A DNA stretch of 63,999 bases, the filler included, from Basidiobolus ranarum (lineage: Eukaryota): the NCBI GenBank assembly GCA_040143965.1. It is 14 parts of 14 records of this genome, joined end to end, with 100 filler letters (N's around TTAATTAATTAA, not from the genome) between each part and the next. Parts side by side here need not be neighbours in the genome. Positions count along the whole stretch, not along the records: positions 59,778 to 63,999 come from JASJQH010002063.1; 13 more parts are not named here. One strand, given 5' to 3'. The translations under genes were made by a program, and so were the position numbers. The notes beneath the pieces were generated by a model, which was given only the letters and a program-made list of their open reading frames with translations, searched no databases and was not told the DNA's origin. How positions within the stretch are numbered: the stretch's first letter is position 1; each line of letters begins with the position of its first letter. Shown here in pieces: positions 62,471 through 63,999 of the stretch.

Positions 62471-63999
62471 ATGAACTACGCACAACAGGAGCAAGGTTTG
62501 GTTGTTCACCCTTCGGATTCACTTCCTCCGAATTCTGGGCATCCATATTTTGAAATGAGAGATGTTGACGATGTCGGTACACAGATACGTCAACAGCTAA
62601 CAAATTTTCACGCAACCCTGGTTTCACATATTGCCGTTGAAATGAGGTCCATTCATGAACGTATCGGTACCATTGAGGGTAAACTAGATCAAATCGTGAA
62701 TACAGAAACCCGTACTCTACAAATGCGACTTTCCGAAATTGAAAACAAATTAAACGAGGTTGCTTACTCACAACCTCCGAAGAATAATAATAGATCTACT
62801 GGAAGCGGAATGGTCGCAACAAGTAATGTCAATAATGGTAATAATAATGGTAACATGACTGGTAAAGCGAGTGTGGGGATCCCGCAAACTCCAACTTCTT
62901 TAAATAGACTAGGGGTAAATGTACCGAGTCTAAATCAGACACCCACCCCCATGACTCCGTCAACCACTGGGACTAATAGCTCCGAACAAAGTCCAGCTAG
63001 TTTGGTTCAAACCGGGATGATGGTCCCTATCATGGCCAATTCTAGTCGAGAAACCCTAGTTTCTCAGCTTCCTTCTGAAGAAGGTGCAAAAGTGAAGGTC
63101 TTACTCCGACAGTTTGCCGGTAAAGCAATGGCTCATATTGAACAAAACGCGCCACATTATGTGAATATCAATAACCATGTTGGAGGTATTCTTTACTCCA
63201 TATGCTTATATTTTACATACATCAAACTTATCCTATTATACTATAGCGACAACAACTATGAAACAATTTGATATTTATGACTCTGCTGCTTGGGATCAAT
63301 TTGTTGAAACAAACTTTCCTCATATATCTAAATCTGATTTAAAAGATGAGCTGGTCAAAATCGTTAGCGTTAAAGTAAAGAATACGAAAGCACGATACAA
63401 GAAGGTAAGCTGTCACCTATATGCGCTCTTCTAATGCTCATGTGAGATGATATAGTGAAGTAAGAACAAATTACTTAATGATTATCATATCTAGAGGGCC
63501 TCTGATTCCCATCATCCTCAGCCAAATCAACAACTACAACTTCCAGATACCATGTCTGAAGTATGTATTCTTACTATTTTATTCAAACACATCCCCAACA
63601 GTTACTAAATTGTTCGATCCATAGAGCGAAGCAAGTCCATCTCCCAAGAGACTTTGTGCAACGCCCACTGTAATCAACGAGAGCGAACTGCTAGTCCAAC
63701 AATCAGTGCAACTACCCAAGACCCATTCACACTCACTTCAACAATCCTCAAATCAACAACGCCAGCCAGGAAATCCCTCACAGCTACACGCACATCAGCA
63801 ACAACAGCACCTACAGCGGCAACATATGCAACAGTTTCAGCAACATCAGCTACAGCAGCACCAATTACGCCAGCAGCAAATGCAACAATTACAGCATCAA
63901 CATCAACATCCTCAGGGCAACGGGGTATGAAAGTCCATTTTCTCACACTTCACTTTGCATTTTTCTGACTATCCTTTTGTCTTCAGGATGGAACTGAAC
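62471..63999 (+). CDS. Uncharacterised multi-exon protein (coiled coil, helical domain, Gln/His-rich tail), 3'-truncated
   Basis: Long first exon 62471-63185 with a heptad segment (IHERIGTIEGKLDQI...LSEIENKLNEV), in-frame exon 63247-63404, further exons near 63495-63560 and 63625-63925 (polyQ); canonical splice sites. Confidence 0.72.

Overview
This is eukaryotic DNA, most likely from an early-diverging fungus (Zoopagomycota/Mucoromycota-like, possibly Basidiobolus; inferred only). It is not a contiguous locus: 14 unlinked ~4.5-kb contigs, sorted by decreasing length, are joined by 13 artificial 100-nt spacers (N44-TTAATTAATTAA-N44), so synteny holds only within a contig. Gene contigs encode two paralogous secreted Gly/Gln-rich proteins, a P5-type ATPase, a 7-exon Ras2-type GTPase, RPS2, APN2 (5' end), a LEA_2-like membrane protein, three hybrid histidine-kinase fragments (one with a CHASE-PAS sensor), an SDR dehydrogenase, a secreted tyrosinase, a small secreted 6-Cys protein, an intronless bacterial-type DAACS/GltP transporter, a 4CL-like ligase, an aquaglyceroporin and a Gln-rich protein. 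About five contigs are CpG-depleted transposon debris: nested Ty1/copia, Ty3/gypsy, CACTA/EnSpm, PIF/Harbinger-like elements and solo LTRs. Best leads: tandem CHASE/HK genes with a degenerate kinase domain; a 2-nt microexon needed to keep the Ras frame; a tRNA-like unit with a Ser anticodon but no variable arm inside a probable LTR; a GltP-like transporter lacking the conserved Asp of the NxDG motif; and an uncharacterised secreted QW-repeat protein family.
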